A DNA stretch of 62,202 bases, filler included, from Choristocarpus tenellus KU-1152 (GCA_964200185.2; 13 parts of 13 records of this genome joined end to end with filler, not necessarily neighbours in it), one strand, 5' to 3'. Positions 46,523 to 59,331 are shown, counted from the first letter of the whole stretch. Numbers and translations: made by a program. The notes: generated by a model from the letters alone, not told the origin.

Positions 46523-49369
46523 TGATACTGAGGTGCATTCTGACTTGCACAAGAACCTACCTGTGACAGAGAGCAGCGATAAATCAGTATGATGTGATGA
46601 GACTGTTTGAGGGGATGAAATGAAATCGCTGGTGCAGTGATACAAAGCTGTCGGTTGTCAGATGGCTCAATTAACAGATGTATCTTTGGAAGATATGTGA
46701 CATAACGTGATGGTGATGAAGTGGGATGCTGAATCCCTTGCCTGGTGTGCTGGAACGCATGAAACTGCTTGGCTTTGGTGTTTGATCGTGGTGTGATCTG
46801 GCCTGGGCTGTTTTTGCAACGGAGCTAAGTTTTTCGTCCATATCCATGACTGGCATGTTTTAGGATGCATGTGGGTCTTACATATATGTATGTTCAGTGT
46901 GTATGTTTGATTATGGTGTCTGCCCTCGGGAGCAGTGGGCCTCATTGCTGAATTCTGAAGGGTTGGGTGTATGATGACTCAATTGCGTATCCTGACCTGA
47001 TATTTGGTGTAGGACCTGACTGCAGAAGCACATGGCTACTAACAGCAGTAGATGTGTGGGTTTGGTTCCGTGCTGTGGTGTTGCTAATGGTGAGACAGGC
47101 GTTGGTGTTGTTTGGGTTGTCCCTTGTTGTAGTACTGATCCATGTCTCTTTTTTTTCAAATATTGAGAGGTACCCTTTTGTCGTAGTTCCTTCGGAGGGT
47201 GCCCAGCCCCATTTCTGGTCTCCCTGACATTGTTTTCTTTCCCTTACTGACTCTTTTCCAATGGTGGTTGTTCTTCGATGCTGATGGATTGCTTTTATTG
47301 AGGATTTTTGCGAGTGCATGCAATGTTTGAAGCAATACGATATTGAGGGAACTGGCTCAGATAGGTGGTGTATTTTCCGCTTGACTTGCCCTGGTTTGCT
47401 TAAGGACCGATAGGGAAAGGGCTGTTTAGGAGGAGAGGCGTTTGTTGAAAGTGGAGAGGGGAGGGCAGAGGAGGCAGTGGGGGATAGACCGTTTAAGGCA
47501 TGCTATCTCAGATTACCAAGTCTGTCGAATATTGGTGAACTTGAAGAAGAGACTTGTACGTCTTGCTGTATCCTTCTTAGTTGATGATGTTGCATGTGTT
47601 TATTTGGTTGAGATATCTGATTGCAGTGAGGGAGCTGCTGGGGCTGGGGGGTTGTATATTAGGTGCGTGGAGATAGCTCTTGGTAGGCATTTGATGCCTT
47701 GCTCTTGACCACAGGAAAGGCTGGGTAACGTTATAGTTGAATGATCAGCTGGCTTAAAATTATGATTCCCCATCACATAAAATATATACACATGATTTTC
47801 TACTCTATATATTTTTAGTTAGGAAATATCTGCTTTTTTGTTGTGTTATTGTCATGATAAACTATAGTAATATAATATATGCCTCTTATGAAAAATGTGT
47901 GCTGAATGTTATTTGGACGGTTTTACTATTGGTCGTTGATTGTAGCTGACTTTCGTCTTATCATGTTGCCTTGCTCCCTTCCCATTCTGTCCTGATGTAG
48001 ATCATTCACATACACTCACATTTGTTTCATAGATAAATACATACATAAACACATCTTCTGACTGCCGAATCAAAATTGTCAACGGATTACTGTTGTAAGC
48101 AGTTTTCTCCTTGACTTCAGTGAAATCATTTGGTTACTTCACGAAGCTTCCTATTGACGATTTGATTCCAACATAAAAAATAGTGCCAAAACCTGGTATG
48201 ATAATAGTAGTAATGAGGATAGGAATGTACTATGGAGTTTTGAATGTTGTGCCACCTTCCTGTTTGCTGTTAATAAATACTCTTGAAGCAGTTTTGAGGA
48301 AAAGATTACATGACGTACACTCAAGACACAAACACATGAAGGAATCTAAGAAATTCCTAATTTCGAAGTATTCCAGACCATAAGGGGGTTGTATTTACGA
48401 CTCTTTCGATAATAGCATGAAGACATAATGCTGTATAGTTGATAAATAATATCCCTAGCTCCCCCCCCCCGGGGCACAGGAGTAGTAGTAGGTAGAGGGG
48501 AAGCAAAGGAAGACAGTAGTGCAATATTTGATAGTGGTGAANNNNNNNNNNNNNNNNNNNNNNNNNNNNNNNNNNNNNNNNNNNNTTAATTAATTAANNN
48601 NNNNNNNNNNNNNNNNNNNNNNNNNNNNNNNNNNNNNNNNNGCTTCCACTTTATTCCCCTACCAGCAACGTACTGTACTGCTGTATGGTAGCATGACCCA
48701 GGAAGAAGGGCACTTTTCGCGGGATTTTTTTACGCGCGCGCAAAACTCGCGTGAAATATCTGGGACTTTGTGCCAAGTCGCCCGAATACGAGAATTCCGG
48801 TACAAAATCCTATTTTTAGCATGTCGAAAAAAGCGTTACAAAATTGAATATTTTTTATTTGGTTCATAATATTTGGCCCAAAATAGGGTAACCCACTGTA
48901 TTGGGTTTATTATTTGCTACCTATAGATATTCTTACCTCAAATAAAGTGATAAGGCGTTTTCCGCGCACACGCCTTTTTCCACACAACCCCCTCCCCATA
49001 TTGCATCTGTTCCACATTAAAATGTGTTATGAAACCCAAACCTGACAGAAAAGCAGAGAGAGGTTCACCCAAGAACAAGTTCTCACTGTACAGATTCTGG
49101 TCGAACAACTTTTTGATTATTCACTGAGTCACTCCTACTAAGGTGGTACCAGTAGCTTCGCCCTCTGTGGCAATCTTGAATTTGTTCCCGGGAACATCAC
49201 GACAGATATACAACAATATATATATCAAATGAAAGGGTATGACAAGAGCTTTCGAAGGGTTGTACTGGATTTTGTTGAAACTTTGGGGAACGGGAGCTAT
49301 GTCCCGATCAAATAATGGAAAACGTGGGGGAATATATCCGGTGCAATTTTGAAGGTCACGACTTCAAAA

Positions 49370-49628
49370 GAGTGGAACTATCTTAGAGGGTACGAATTTT
49401 TCCTGTTTGTCCATTTGTGGGGCTTGGCTTCCCATGAATTTTTTTATGACATTTTCCGACTCCAAAATGTTTCGGATTAGGTAAAATGTATACGTTATGA
49501 AAGGTGTGTCTGAAACATAGATTTTGACACTTCCTAAGAAACACGATAGCCAAAATTACATCAAAATCACCACATTGTATTTTGACCCCCAAATGGACGC
49601 GGCTCTACCCTCTAAGATACTTTGGCTC
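49370..49628 (+). mobile_element. MITE family B, complete copy
   Basis: GAGTGGAACTATCTTAGAGGGTA ... TACCCTCTAAGATACTTTGGCTC, TSD AAAA. Inserted in another repeat whose flanks recur at about 29497-29550 (reverse) and 18601-18630. Confidence 0.92.
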
Positions 49629-49814
49629 AAAACAACAAAAATGAAGCGATTGGCTGAACTCCTTGCAGAAAACTAGTTTGGGGAAGATCCCTGTCCAAGT
49701 TTGGCTGGTGTGATGTTCCCGAAAAAAGTTTCAAGATTTCCGGACATCTTTTTAACACCTTTTACAGACTTTCTGTGAGCATACACGCAGGTGACTTACA
49801 CAACAACATAAACC

Positions 49815-50708
49815 ATGACGGTGAGACAAGGAGAGTCCGCTGAGGCCACTCTGCCCTCTGGATCTACCCTCGGCACCTTCTCTGTCAAGAGAGGCTGGAA
49901 AAACAAGTACCATGTGCAACTCAGTGCGATGTTAGGTGGCGAGAAAGTGCGAGTAGTGTGGCGCAGCAGCATGATTGAATCGCGAAATGGACCACGCGGT
50001 CACGACACTGACGCTGAGAGAAGACGCATTGAAATCATTACCACACAAACGTGGTTGGATCTTCAACCACGTCGGAGCACTGCTCTGCAGTCTCTGCTGC
50101 CTTGGGAAAGCAGGAAGAGAACAGTGAGTCCATCACCAGGTGTGGTACAGTGATGAAGTCTGTGGGGAAGCCTGGTCACAGCAGGCAAAGGGAGAACCAG
50201 AGCGGCCGCCCGAAGACAAGGTTGGGGAGGAGAGTAGTTCAACTGAGTGCCATTGCGCTCAGGAAACGCCTAAGCGAAACCCCAGGTGTAGAATATCCTA
50301 GTAGTCGACAGTTGCAGCAGGCCCTGGCTGTTTGGAAGCTGTGCGAGCCGGAGTGGCTTAAGGAAACGAGAAAGAAGGTGTTAGGGTTGGGCTACAAGGG
50401 TTCGGAAGCCCGAAAGAAGGTAACCCATTTCCGGCGCTCAACGAGGAAATGTGATTGTAAAGGCTCTAACGCTGTGAATCCTGTACCTGTGTATGAACGA
50501 CTGGAAAGACCTTCAAAAGGCGCTCGAGATGGCAGCAGGATAAGCGATGGTCAGGTCGGAACTTGTGAGTAAATGGGAGAGAGACTTCCTAGCTAAGGGC
50601 CACATCAAGGTGTCAGAGCAAGGGCGCGACAAGGAAACCCTTGCCGAGGTCAAAGAGTGGGTGCGCGAACACACAGGAAGAAAGGGTAGGGAGGCTTTTC
50701 CCGTCTAA
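49815..50708 (+). pseudogene. Frameshifted basic ORFs, possibly the N-terminal HTH region of an IS630/Tc1/mariner-like transposase
   Basis: Overlapping ORFs 49815-50153 and 50051-50572, plus an unlisted frame VSKWERDFLAKGHIKVSEQGRDKETLAEVKEWVREHTGRKG (about 50565-50690). This pattern resembles transposase DNA-binding N-termini. No DDE domain is present. Confidence 0.35.
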
Positions 50709-51900
50709 ACCCTATACTTTAATCAAGTAATAGTGCATCTGTTGCCACTCTTGGTGACCTACAATCCAGGCTTCGAACCCCAATATGACCGCTCTTTCTT
50801 CAAAAAAATAAAAAATGGGGAAAAAAAGAAGCCCGTACTCTGGAGGGCATTGCGACGGGCATCATAAATATGCTTTTATTTTATTAATTCGATGTCTACA
50901 TCAAATGTTATGACGGGACAACCCCAGAGGGCGAAGCTATTGCTACCACTATAGCCTTATCCTAGGGGCAACTGAAGACAACACAGCCTTTGCCCTAACC
51001 CTAACCCTTAAATGTCAAAAAAGAGGAATCAACACCACTCACTATCCTATTTACTCAACAGACAACACCATCCGTTCCTTCACAGAGCAGTCTAATAAAC
51101 AAAGTGCTCGTTTCTTCTTCTGTGTTCACCAATCAAACCTACCAAATCTCAACTGTACAAAAAGATGACTTTCAGGAATCATTTGTCATTTATCCCATCA
51201 CATCACATCACATGCATGCAGCCAACGACTTTGAGAGCCGCCCTCAGCTACCACAACGCCCAACAACCTGTAGGATCGTCTTCACTGACAAACAGTAAAC
51301 GGTACTATATAATAGAAGTATCAGTATTACTTAGTGCATGCAATTACAATATTAACTTTCCCATGGACCATCATTGTTGGAGTCAGTACAAGTCATTTGA
51401 GGCACAAAGTCAAGGTAACTCCCAACAAAGAAGGCTGGCGCTAATACATATGCCTCCTACTGAACTTGGAGACATTGAAGGGGGCCTGGCGAGAGGGTTT
51501 ATTATACACTAACTCATCACCAGGCACGACTTTCCTTCTTCAGTACTACTATTATCAAATGTTTCTCTCATTTTCCAACACACACTGCACAACACACACT
51601 TAAATCTTTACATAAGATACAAAAAGAGAGTCAAGATTATGCTTGACCATTTCGTGAGGATAAGATTCAAAGTTATATTTTATGTACGCGCAAACAATGA
51701 TGTGGGACATTAGGGATATTTAGGTGGGGTATTTGACCAGAAGAAATTGGCGGAATGTTTGAGCCGGAGTGTTTCTGACGTGTTCTAGAGAACTGTTGTG
51801 TCACTTGGTATTCTGAGTCATTTACTGTAAGGTTTGGTGAGCCCCATCTGTGATGGTGCCTCACTCTCTTCTCAACCCTGATAAAGCTAATAAACAATAT

Positions 51901-52070
51901 GGCTCAAAGTATCTGGGGGAGGGGTGGCGGTTGTCCATTTGGGGTCAATTTTTTCATGTCACGATTTTTGTGTGATCTGGTTGCGTACGTCGGATGGATA
52001 ATGTAGGTGCACTTTTCCTGGTTATGCCACAAATGGACACCCTGGTGCATACCCCCCCCCCCCCCCCCCC
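51901..52070 (+). mobile_element. MITE family A, cut at poly-C by contig end
   Basis: GGCTCAAAGTATCTGGGGGAGGGGTGGCGGTTGTCCATTTGGGG... Confidence 0.9.
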
Positions 52071-52170
52071 NNNNNNNNNNNNNNNNNNNNNNNNNNNNNN
52101 NNNNNNNNNNNNNNTTAATTAATTAANNNNNNNNNNNNNNNNNNNNNNNNNNNNNNNNNNNNNNNNNNNN

Positions 52171-53085
52171 CGGGTGGGCGGGAAAGCTTGCTCGGGGGTC
52201 CTCTTTGTTCTAGCACCCCTCTCCTTGTTACCCCCCCTCCGGTTTCTTCTCCAATTCAATACTGACCTTCCCTTCATTCCTCGTGCCTCTGCCTGCCACT
52301 CAATTCTTTAACCTCCCAACTGTTCCTTAACTCTTCGTACATTCTTTGTTGATTCTTCTATTCTTTCTTGTCCCCTTCCTTGCCCCATGCCCCCAACCAA
52401 CCAGAATTCTTCCGCCCACAAAACTCAGATTACTTCATAAACTTTCACATTCCACCCAGTCCCCACCTCCCCATTGCACTACCACTTGTGACCAACCAGT
52501 GCGACCTCTTCGCCACTTATTCCAGTCACCCTCCCCCATGTGATGACCAACCAGTGCGTACCCCCTTTGCCACTGATTTCCAGTAACCACCCCACCCTTC
52601 AACCCCACTCAACCCCACACCACTTACCATTCCACCACACCATTCAACACCACTCCACAATCATCCAAGAACACCCCTTCATCATCCAGTTCATACCGTG
52701 CCTTTGAATGAAAAGACATCTACCCCACCCGAACTTGACCTCCCCCCCCTTTTACCCAACATCCCAATCGGTCATGAGCAAGCGAAAGGGTGGGTGGGCA
52801 GGAGAGCTTGCTCAGAGGTTGTCTTATTCTAGCCCTCCTCGTTCTGTACTTCGAACCCTAGGTTTCTTTACATACTGACCGTTCCTTCTTACCTTTCGCC
52901 TTCACCTACCCCCATTTCTTTAACTTCTCTCCTACCTCTTCTGCCTCTTACCCACTCAGTACTTAACTCTTTGTTAACCCCTTGACTACTTTTTCTTTTT
53001 CCTTCCTCACTTCTCCCTTCCCTGTACCACATTCCTACCAGAATTCTCCCGCCCACAAAACTCAGATTACTTTATAAACTTTATT
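52171..53085. repeat. Diverged ~280-bp direct repeat pair (52171-52445 and ~52787-53082) around a C-rich spacer
   Basis: Both copies start GGGTGGGCRGGARAGCTTGCTC and end ACCAGAATTCTYCCGCCCACAAAACTCAGATTACTTYATAAACTTT. Confidence 0.8.
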
Positions 53086-53139
53086 ATTGACGAGATAGTC
53101 AAAGACAGGTTCCTTTTTTTGGATCTCTGACACACAAAT

Positions 53140-53319
53140 GACTCAAAGTATCCGGGGGGGGGGTTGGTGGCTGTCCATTTGGGGTCAATTTTTTCATGTC
53201 GCGATTTTTGGGTGATTTGGTTGCATGCGTCGGATGGATAATGTAAGTGCAATTTTCCCGGTGGTCATGGTCCAAATGGACACTCTGGTGTAGACCCCCC
53301 CCCCCAGATACTTTCTGCC
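53140..53319 (+). mobile_element. MITE family A, complete copy
   Basis: GACTCAAAGTATCCGGGG ... CCCAGATACTTTCTGCC, flanks AAAT/AATT. Confidence 0.9.
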
Positions 53320-54201
53320 AATTGTGTGGCGCGGCCATAAAATATGCGCGCGCCAACCACGTCATTGTAACTTGCCCATACCGACCAGTCCACAAAACCA
53401 GACACACCCATAAGATCCGGATTAGACCAAACAGTCAGAAGAACTGTCAGAACAAAGATCCTTTCCGATTCTGACTGGTCCATTTCTCTGCTGTAACGTT
53501 TCTCAGTCATTCTGTGACATCTGTTGTGCATCAAGGTTTTTGTTCTATTCTGGATTTCCTCAACTGACTTTGAGGTGCTGGGTCAAGACCTGTGAAACTC
53601 GTTCCCACCCTTTGAGCTGGAAGAGTTCAGTCTGGTGATTGTGATTGCCCCCTTTGGGAGAGAGCTTTGGCGCCTTGACACTTCCACCAGATAACTCTTT
53701 TGAGATGGGTTAGACGTTTCAACCTACAGACACCAGGTAAATAGGCAAGAAAGGTGTTGTAGGTGTAAGTTAGGTTAGAGGCATAGCTAATTTTTGTTAC
53801 AGGCATAGCAGCAGTGTAACATTCACGGCATCGTGGTCACTAAACTTTATGGAAGAATTGTTGTATGGATAGTTTTTCAAATTGTAAATATTTATTAGAC
53901 AGGTATCTTGTGCTAAGGTAGTGCCTACTAAAGGAGGTGGTTATCTTTGGCTGAGAAAGGCGATTTACTGGACTTGTAGGTAGTTACAAGATGAACCACG
54001 GCAACATAGTCAAGTGACGTTGTGTTGGTGTGAGGATCATATCAAGAATTCAAACCTTCAAGGAGGAGATTGGGAAGCAGCTTCCTGCCAGTGTAAAGGG
54101 GGTGACGAATAGGCAATCCTTAGAAAACCACGACACTCAGAGGTAAGGTATTTGCTAATATATGTTTTGTTTTGGTTCTGTTCTCTACATAACACCAATA
54201 G

Positions 54202-54460
54202 GAGTGAAAGTATATTAGAGGGTATGATTTTTTCCCTGTTTGTCCATTTGGGACTTGGCTTCCAATGTATTTTTTTAATGAAATTTTCCTACTCCCAAAT
54301 GTTTAGGAGTAGGTAAAATGTGTACGTTATGAAAAGGTGTGTCCAGAACATGGATATTGACACTTCCTAACAAACATGATAGCCAAAATTACATCAAAAT
54401 TGCAACATTGGATTTGACCCCCAAATGGATGCGACTCTACCCTCTAAGATACTTTGGCTC
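54202..54460 (+). mobile_element. MITE family B, complete copy
   Basis: GAGTGAAAGTATATTAGAGGGTA ... TACCCTCTAAGATACTTTGGCTC, exact TSD ATAG. Confidence 0.93.
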
Positions 54461-54924
54461 ATAGTTTACCCTGCTCAACTGTTTGTCAACTTCGACCAGG
54501 CCCTATGTCTAGATCGAATTTTTGTAACAAACTAATCCCTAACTGTGTGTTATTGTAGTTGGATCAAACAGATGGCATGGTCACGGGCTGGGCTGTCCAT
54601 GACTCAAGACACCACCATGTATTTGGTCTTTACGCCAGAGCAGAGCTTCTGAAAATACTGCCTGATGTTCAGATCAAGGCTTGGACAACCTGTTGCCACT
54701 ATTAACAATTTTCTCCAATTGAATTTTCATCTATGAAGGGATCAATATAATTAAAAAAACCGTTTTCTTATGCAGCTGCAAACATTCTGTGCAAGCTGTT
54801 GCCAGTCAATAATACAACTTTTCTTCCATTTATTTAACAAGAGTTATTAGTACAAATACAGTAGCAACAAAGATATCAAGATTAAAACCCATAAATAATT
54901 TTTAATACTTTCAGTTACCATCTT

Positions 54925-55100
54925 GGCTCAAAGTATCTGCGGAGGAGGTGACGGTTGTCCATTTGGGGTCAATTTTTCATATCGCGATTTTCGGGTGATT
55001 TGGTTGCATACGTCGGATGGATAATGTAAATGCACTTTTCCCGATTTTGACCAAATGGACACCCTGGTGTAACCCTCCCCTCCCTCAGATACTTTGGATC
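54925..55100 (+). mobile_element. MITE family A, complete copy
   Basis: GGCTCAAAGTATCTG ... CAGATACTTTGGATC, exact TSD TCTT. Confidence 0.92.
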
Positions 55101-56793
55101 TCTTCCAACTAAGGTATACCTTTAAGGTGACCTATCTTGAAGATCTGTTGTTCATATGGCATTTATTTTTGCATGTTGAAGTTAACATTTGCTTGAAGTA
55201 AAGGCTGGGTGGTTTGAGGGGACCATGCAAACCCCCCTTATTCACTTCTTCTATTGTTCAATCTTTCCTGAGTGATCTTCCAAGGTATTGGTCTCCCTCT
55301 TAACTCGTCTCTTTCCACTTCTTTCCTCCTGTGGGTCTCCCGTTCCCCTTCAGTGTGAAGAACCTGTTGACTTGTTTCCATCTTTTTCACATAGAGACTA
55401 TTCTAAAACATCTGGGTATAGACAAAACCCAGCTAAGAGCTTGCTGCAGAACAAGCATTATTATTGAACAGATTTTTGAAAAAACTCCAGAAAAAACTAG
55501 AATTAACGACGTACTGCGAACCTAAAATAGAAAATAGGAAGTACATGTACAAGATGGATGATAGAAAAATGTCTTTCACATTTACGACAACTGTTACTTT
55601 TTTACGAGTTCTGAAATTTGAATGGTTTTCATTGGTTTTTCCCCTGAAAATTCTGGAAAATGTGAAAGGGCATAAACATATATACAGAATTAGATTCTAG
55701 TTAATTTATTTGAATTAGATGAACAGAACGATATTCTGAGCTAACAAGAAAAAGGTCACAAGCTTCTATGGTGAAAATATAACTTGGAGGACTTGGGTGG
55801 TGGGGATAAGTGAAGTAGATACTTTTTTCAGAAAATGTGTTATTGGATTCCTAGAAGGAGAAAAGGAGAGAGAGATTGTGATGTTGACTTAGGTAGACCT
55901 TGGGATGAAAGTTAGCCACCTCTCAACCAACAACAGCATCACTAGGGCCTAGGAAAATCTGCAACTACTGGAAGAGCAGGAGAATGTTTTTGAGGCTTGG
56001 CAGAGGATCATCTCACGGGCAAGCTAGGGGAGGGAGGCTGTTTATGTTACAGGCACTGCAAGTGAGGCTGGCAAGGACATGGGTGAATTGTGCATGACAT
56101 AGGATGGTGATGGGGACGATGGTGATGGTGGTGGAGGGGCAAGTCTTCCACCACCTCCATTTGTATTGAAGTGCCACCAGTTTTTGTTGAATTGGAGACA
56201 GACGCCGAAGAGAGTCGAATAAATCGGGCTGCACATATCTGACAATAATGCAAAAATGTATTTCGAGAGTGTTTTTGCTTGTGAGGCCTTTGTAGACAGG
56301 TTCCATCGTACAAGTTCTGTGAATGATGGTTGCTGTCATATTATGTGGTTCCGTTTTTAGTACAGAAAGGATCGATTGGACGCAAGGCCGTATCTGAGAG
56401 AATAATGAAGTAGTTAACATGTGGGATACATTTGATAGTGGTAGCTTTCTATATTCCTATATTATTATTGTGAGATGATACAATTCTCTCTTAAAACTGC
56501 TCATTTGAAAGGAGGGTCAAGTCTGAAAAGGTGAGAATCTCCTTCAGCTGGACTTTCCCAGTAAGGTGGTTCAGTCAATAGGGTGACCCACATTAGGTTA
56601 GGACCAGGTCGCCTTAAAAAAGTGATACCTACTACAACACTTAGTCATACAATATTTATCTTTCATTACAGATGGTTGCTTCAAACACATTCTTCATATT
56701 AACAACAAATTCGCGCGGAGTTCCAGTCGCACGATGAACGCCACTCATGAAGTAGGCCTTCAGTGTTGATGGAGGACTAGATACTGAAGGGGA

Positions 56794-59090
56794 ATGGACA
56801 CAGAGGAGATCGACGAGGGGGGTGGGTATGCGTGGGAAAAAGGATTTGAGAGGACCTGGGAGGGAGTGCAAGAGGATGAGAATGGGAATATCAAGACAAT
56901 GTCGGAGGAGGATCAGCGTCGGAGCAGGGCGAGGAGACAAGTCATAGGGTCAGGATCTCGCTTTCAAACCATGCTACAACTTGGATGTTTTGAGGGAATT
57001 TTGTAGCAGTCTCTTTACTTTGCTCACTGAATGCCTTGGAAATTGTGTCTTTCATAGGGAAAAGGGTGCTGTATCCACGTTGACCGTGCACTTTGTTCGG
57101 CCCCAAAGAAACTGCAGATGGATATTTGAACCTCCTTACCCCCTCTCATCATGCCGTATAGGATCTTCAACACATTCATGCTTGTCTTGTGATGTACCGA
57201 AATGCCTTGCTTACAGGCAGTCTATCAAGCGAGGGATGATCAGATACGTCTACCTTGCTCTGGACCTGTCTCGGTCCATGTCTGAGGGTGACATGAGGCC
57301 AAGTCGTCTGGCTGTCGCGCTTCGAGTGGTTCAGGACTTTGTCATAAACTACTTCGATCAGAATCCGCTCAGTCAACTTGGTATTATCGTCACAAGGTGG
57401 GGGAGAGATTTCGGACCCATGGGCCAGCTTGTTCCGATCCTAGCTTCCTCCTATCTACTGGGGTGGTTTTCTTCATGTCGCCTTTGTGCTGTTAATCGAT
57501 TTTACCCATATTACTCCTAGTCCAAGGAAGTTTGTCGCCCAGCTAACTTGTTCGCCTTCTTTCCACATTTACTCTTTTCGGCAGTAGCATGGAGTATATG
57601 ACTTACATTTGGCGTAGGAACACTGGTTAACAGCAATACCCTCCAAGACGTCTTGATTATAATACCCTCTCCACCGCGCTCCCTACCCACACTATCTTGC
57701 CTTGTCTTCTGGCGTTCCCTCGTTCTCTTCCTGCCTCTCCTGCTTGCAGAGAGGGTAGGGCAGAAAAAGTGACAGAGCTCTCAGGGAATCCCAAGGCACA
57801 CATGGAAGCACTCAGCAAGGACTCTGACACTAAGGCAAGATGCCGTAACTGTCTCCATGGGTAGGTCCATTCATTGGTGCCCAATGGGTTGGGACTGAGG
57901 GGGTCAGAGGGGGACATTGGTGTGAGGCAAGGTGGGATGGGCTAGCACAATATGTTGCTTCCATTGACTCAATTCAGCAGGACATTACTTTAGGTTCAGC
58001 TGGGGAGGGTCAAACAGGACCTGGGTGGGACAATGCGAGGCAACATGTGTAACAGGAAGGGTTTGAGGGGATGGCAGGGCAGGGCTATGCTGGAGGACTC
58101 TGCGAACATTCTGCAAGGCGTGTAGGAAATGTTTGGAAAATAACCCCACAGCAGCGGAACAACAAATTTCATTTTTCATTCCCCTTTGGTAGGTGCCTAG
58201 AAGTTCAATAAGTACACCCTTGCAGAGCTGCAAGTGCCTATTTAAGCCCCATAAGACCTCCCTCTGCACCCCCTTCCCAAACTGCCTGTCTCTCCCTTGA
58301 CCCTTGCTGGACGGACGCTCCCCGATCCTTTCATAATCCAGGGTGATGCCTCTCTCCAAAACCTCCTTGAGATGGCTTGTACTTCCCTCCGGGTTGTACC
58401 TGAGTATGGAAACCGAGAGGTACGTTTTCTATGAGTGCTGCGGTGTTTTGTGATTGCAGGGGATTTGTCACTGTTTTTGCCCCTGTTCGAACTTTGTATA
58501 CGGTGTATGTGATATGAACTACACCAAACTGTACACTTGCCCTCAAGAAAGCAGAGTTTTGCCTACTTCGAGGATACATCGTGTTCATCAGGGTGCTTGG
58601 AAGGGTTTTGCTGTTGGCAAAGTTGGGGTAGCGGTGTTTGGGTTGGTGTGCACTACCGTGAGAGGCCGTAAGATACCACCGTTGTACTGCTGTACGTACT
58701 GTACATGGATTGGATGTGGAGTAGCCTTTGTTGCTGCCTCTTTGTAGTGTTCAGTAGGAAGGCGTTTTGTTGAAGGAAACTCACTGTGTTTCACAGGCAA
58801 TCAAACCCTAATCCTTAATCACAGACTCTGCTTTTGAGACAGAAGCTCAGCATACAAACAGCGGCTTGTTCTTCCTCTCAAGAAGGGATGCAATGGCGAA
58901 GACCATTCCTTTTTCCCAGCAACCAACATTCCAACAGTTCACCCCAACACACTTTCCAACTGAACCTTGTAAGGTGGTTGTGATCTACAGCAGTCTGAGC
59001 ACATGCGACCCTGGTGACATCCACGAGACATTGGCCAAGCTCAAAAAGCATTCAGTCCGTGGATCTGTGATTGGCCTTGGTGCTGAGATG
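56794..59090 (+). CDS. GTF2H2: TFIIH subunit p44 (SSL1), 5' part with vWA domain, 5 exons; 3' end beyond the contig
   Basis: Exons 56794-56948, 57217-57396, 57750-57834, 58342-58419, 58974-59090. Motifs GYAWEKGFERTWE, RGMIRYVYLALDLSRSM..DMRPSR, YFDQNPLSQLG, ELSGNP, GDASLQN, REVVVIYSSLSTCDPGDI and SVIGLGAE are diagnostic of SSL1/p44. Confidence 0.95.
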
Positions 59091-59331
59091 GTGAGGGAAC
59101 AAAATCCTCCCATTTTTTTTTCTTCTGATTTTCCATGTGAATTCCCTTGGAACAGTTTGGTTGTTCTGAACAGCACCCATTGCCTCTGAGAGAGGTCCCT
59201 TCTCCCCCTCCCCCCCCTCTCCCCCCCCTCCNNNNNNNNNNNNNNNNNNNNNNNNNNNNNNNNNNNNNNNNNNNNTTAATTAATTAANNNNNNNNNNNNN
59301 NNNNNNNNNNNNNNNNNNNNNNNNNNNNNNN

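Noticed and set aside
46523-48541. Short ORFs downstream of the CesA-like stop
   Set aside because: No motifs or consistent splice pattern. More simply explained as long 3' UTR or intergenic DNA.
56013-56420. Minus-strand ORFs upstream of GTF2H2 as a divergent gene
   Set aside because: Only low-complexity Pro/Gly text and no convincing exon chain, so it cannot be supported.
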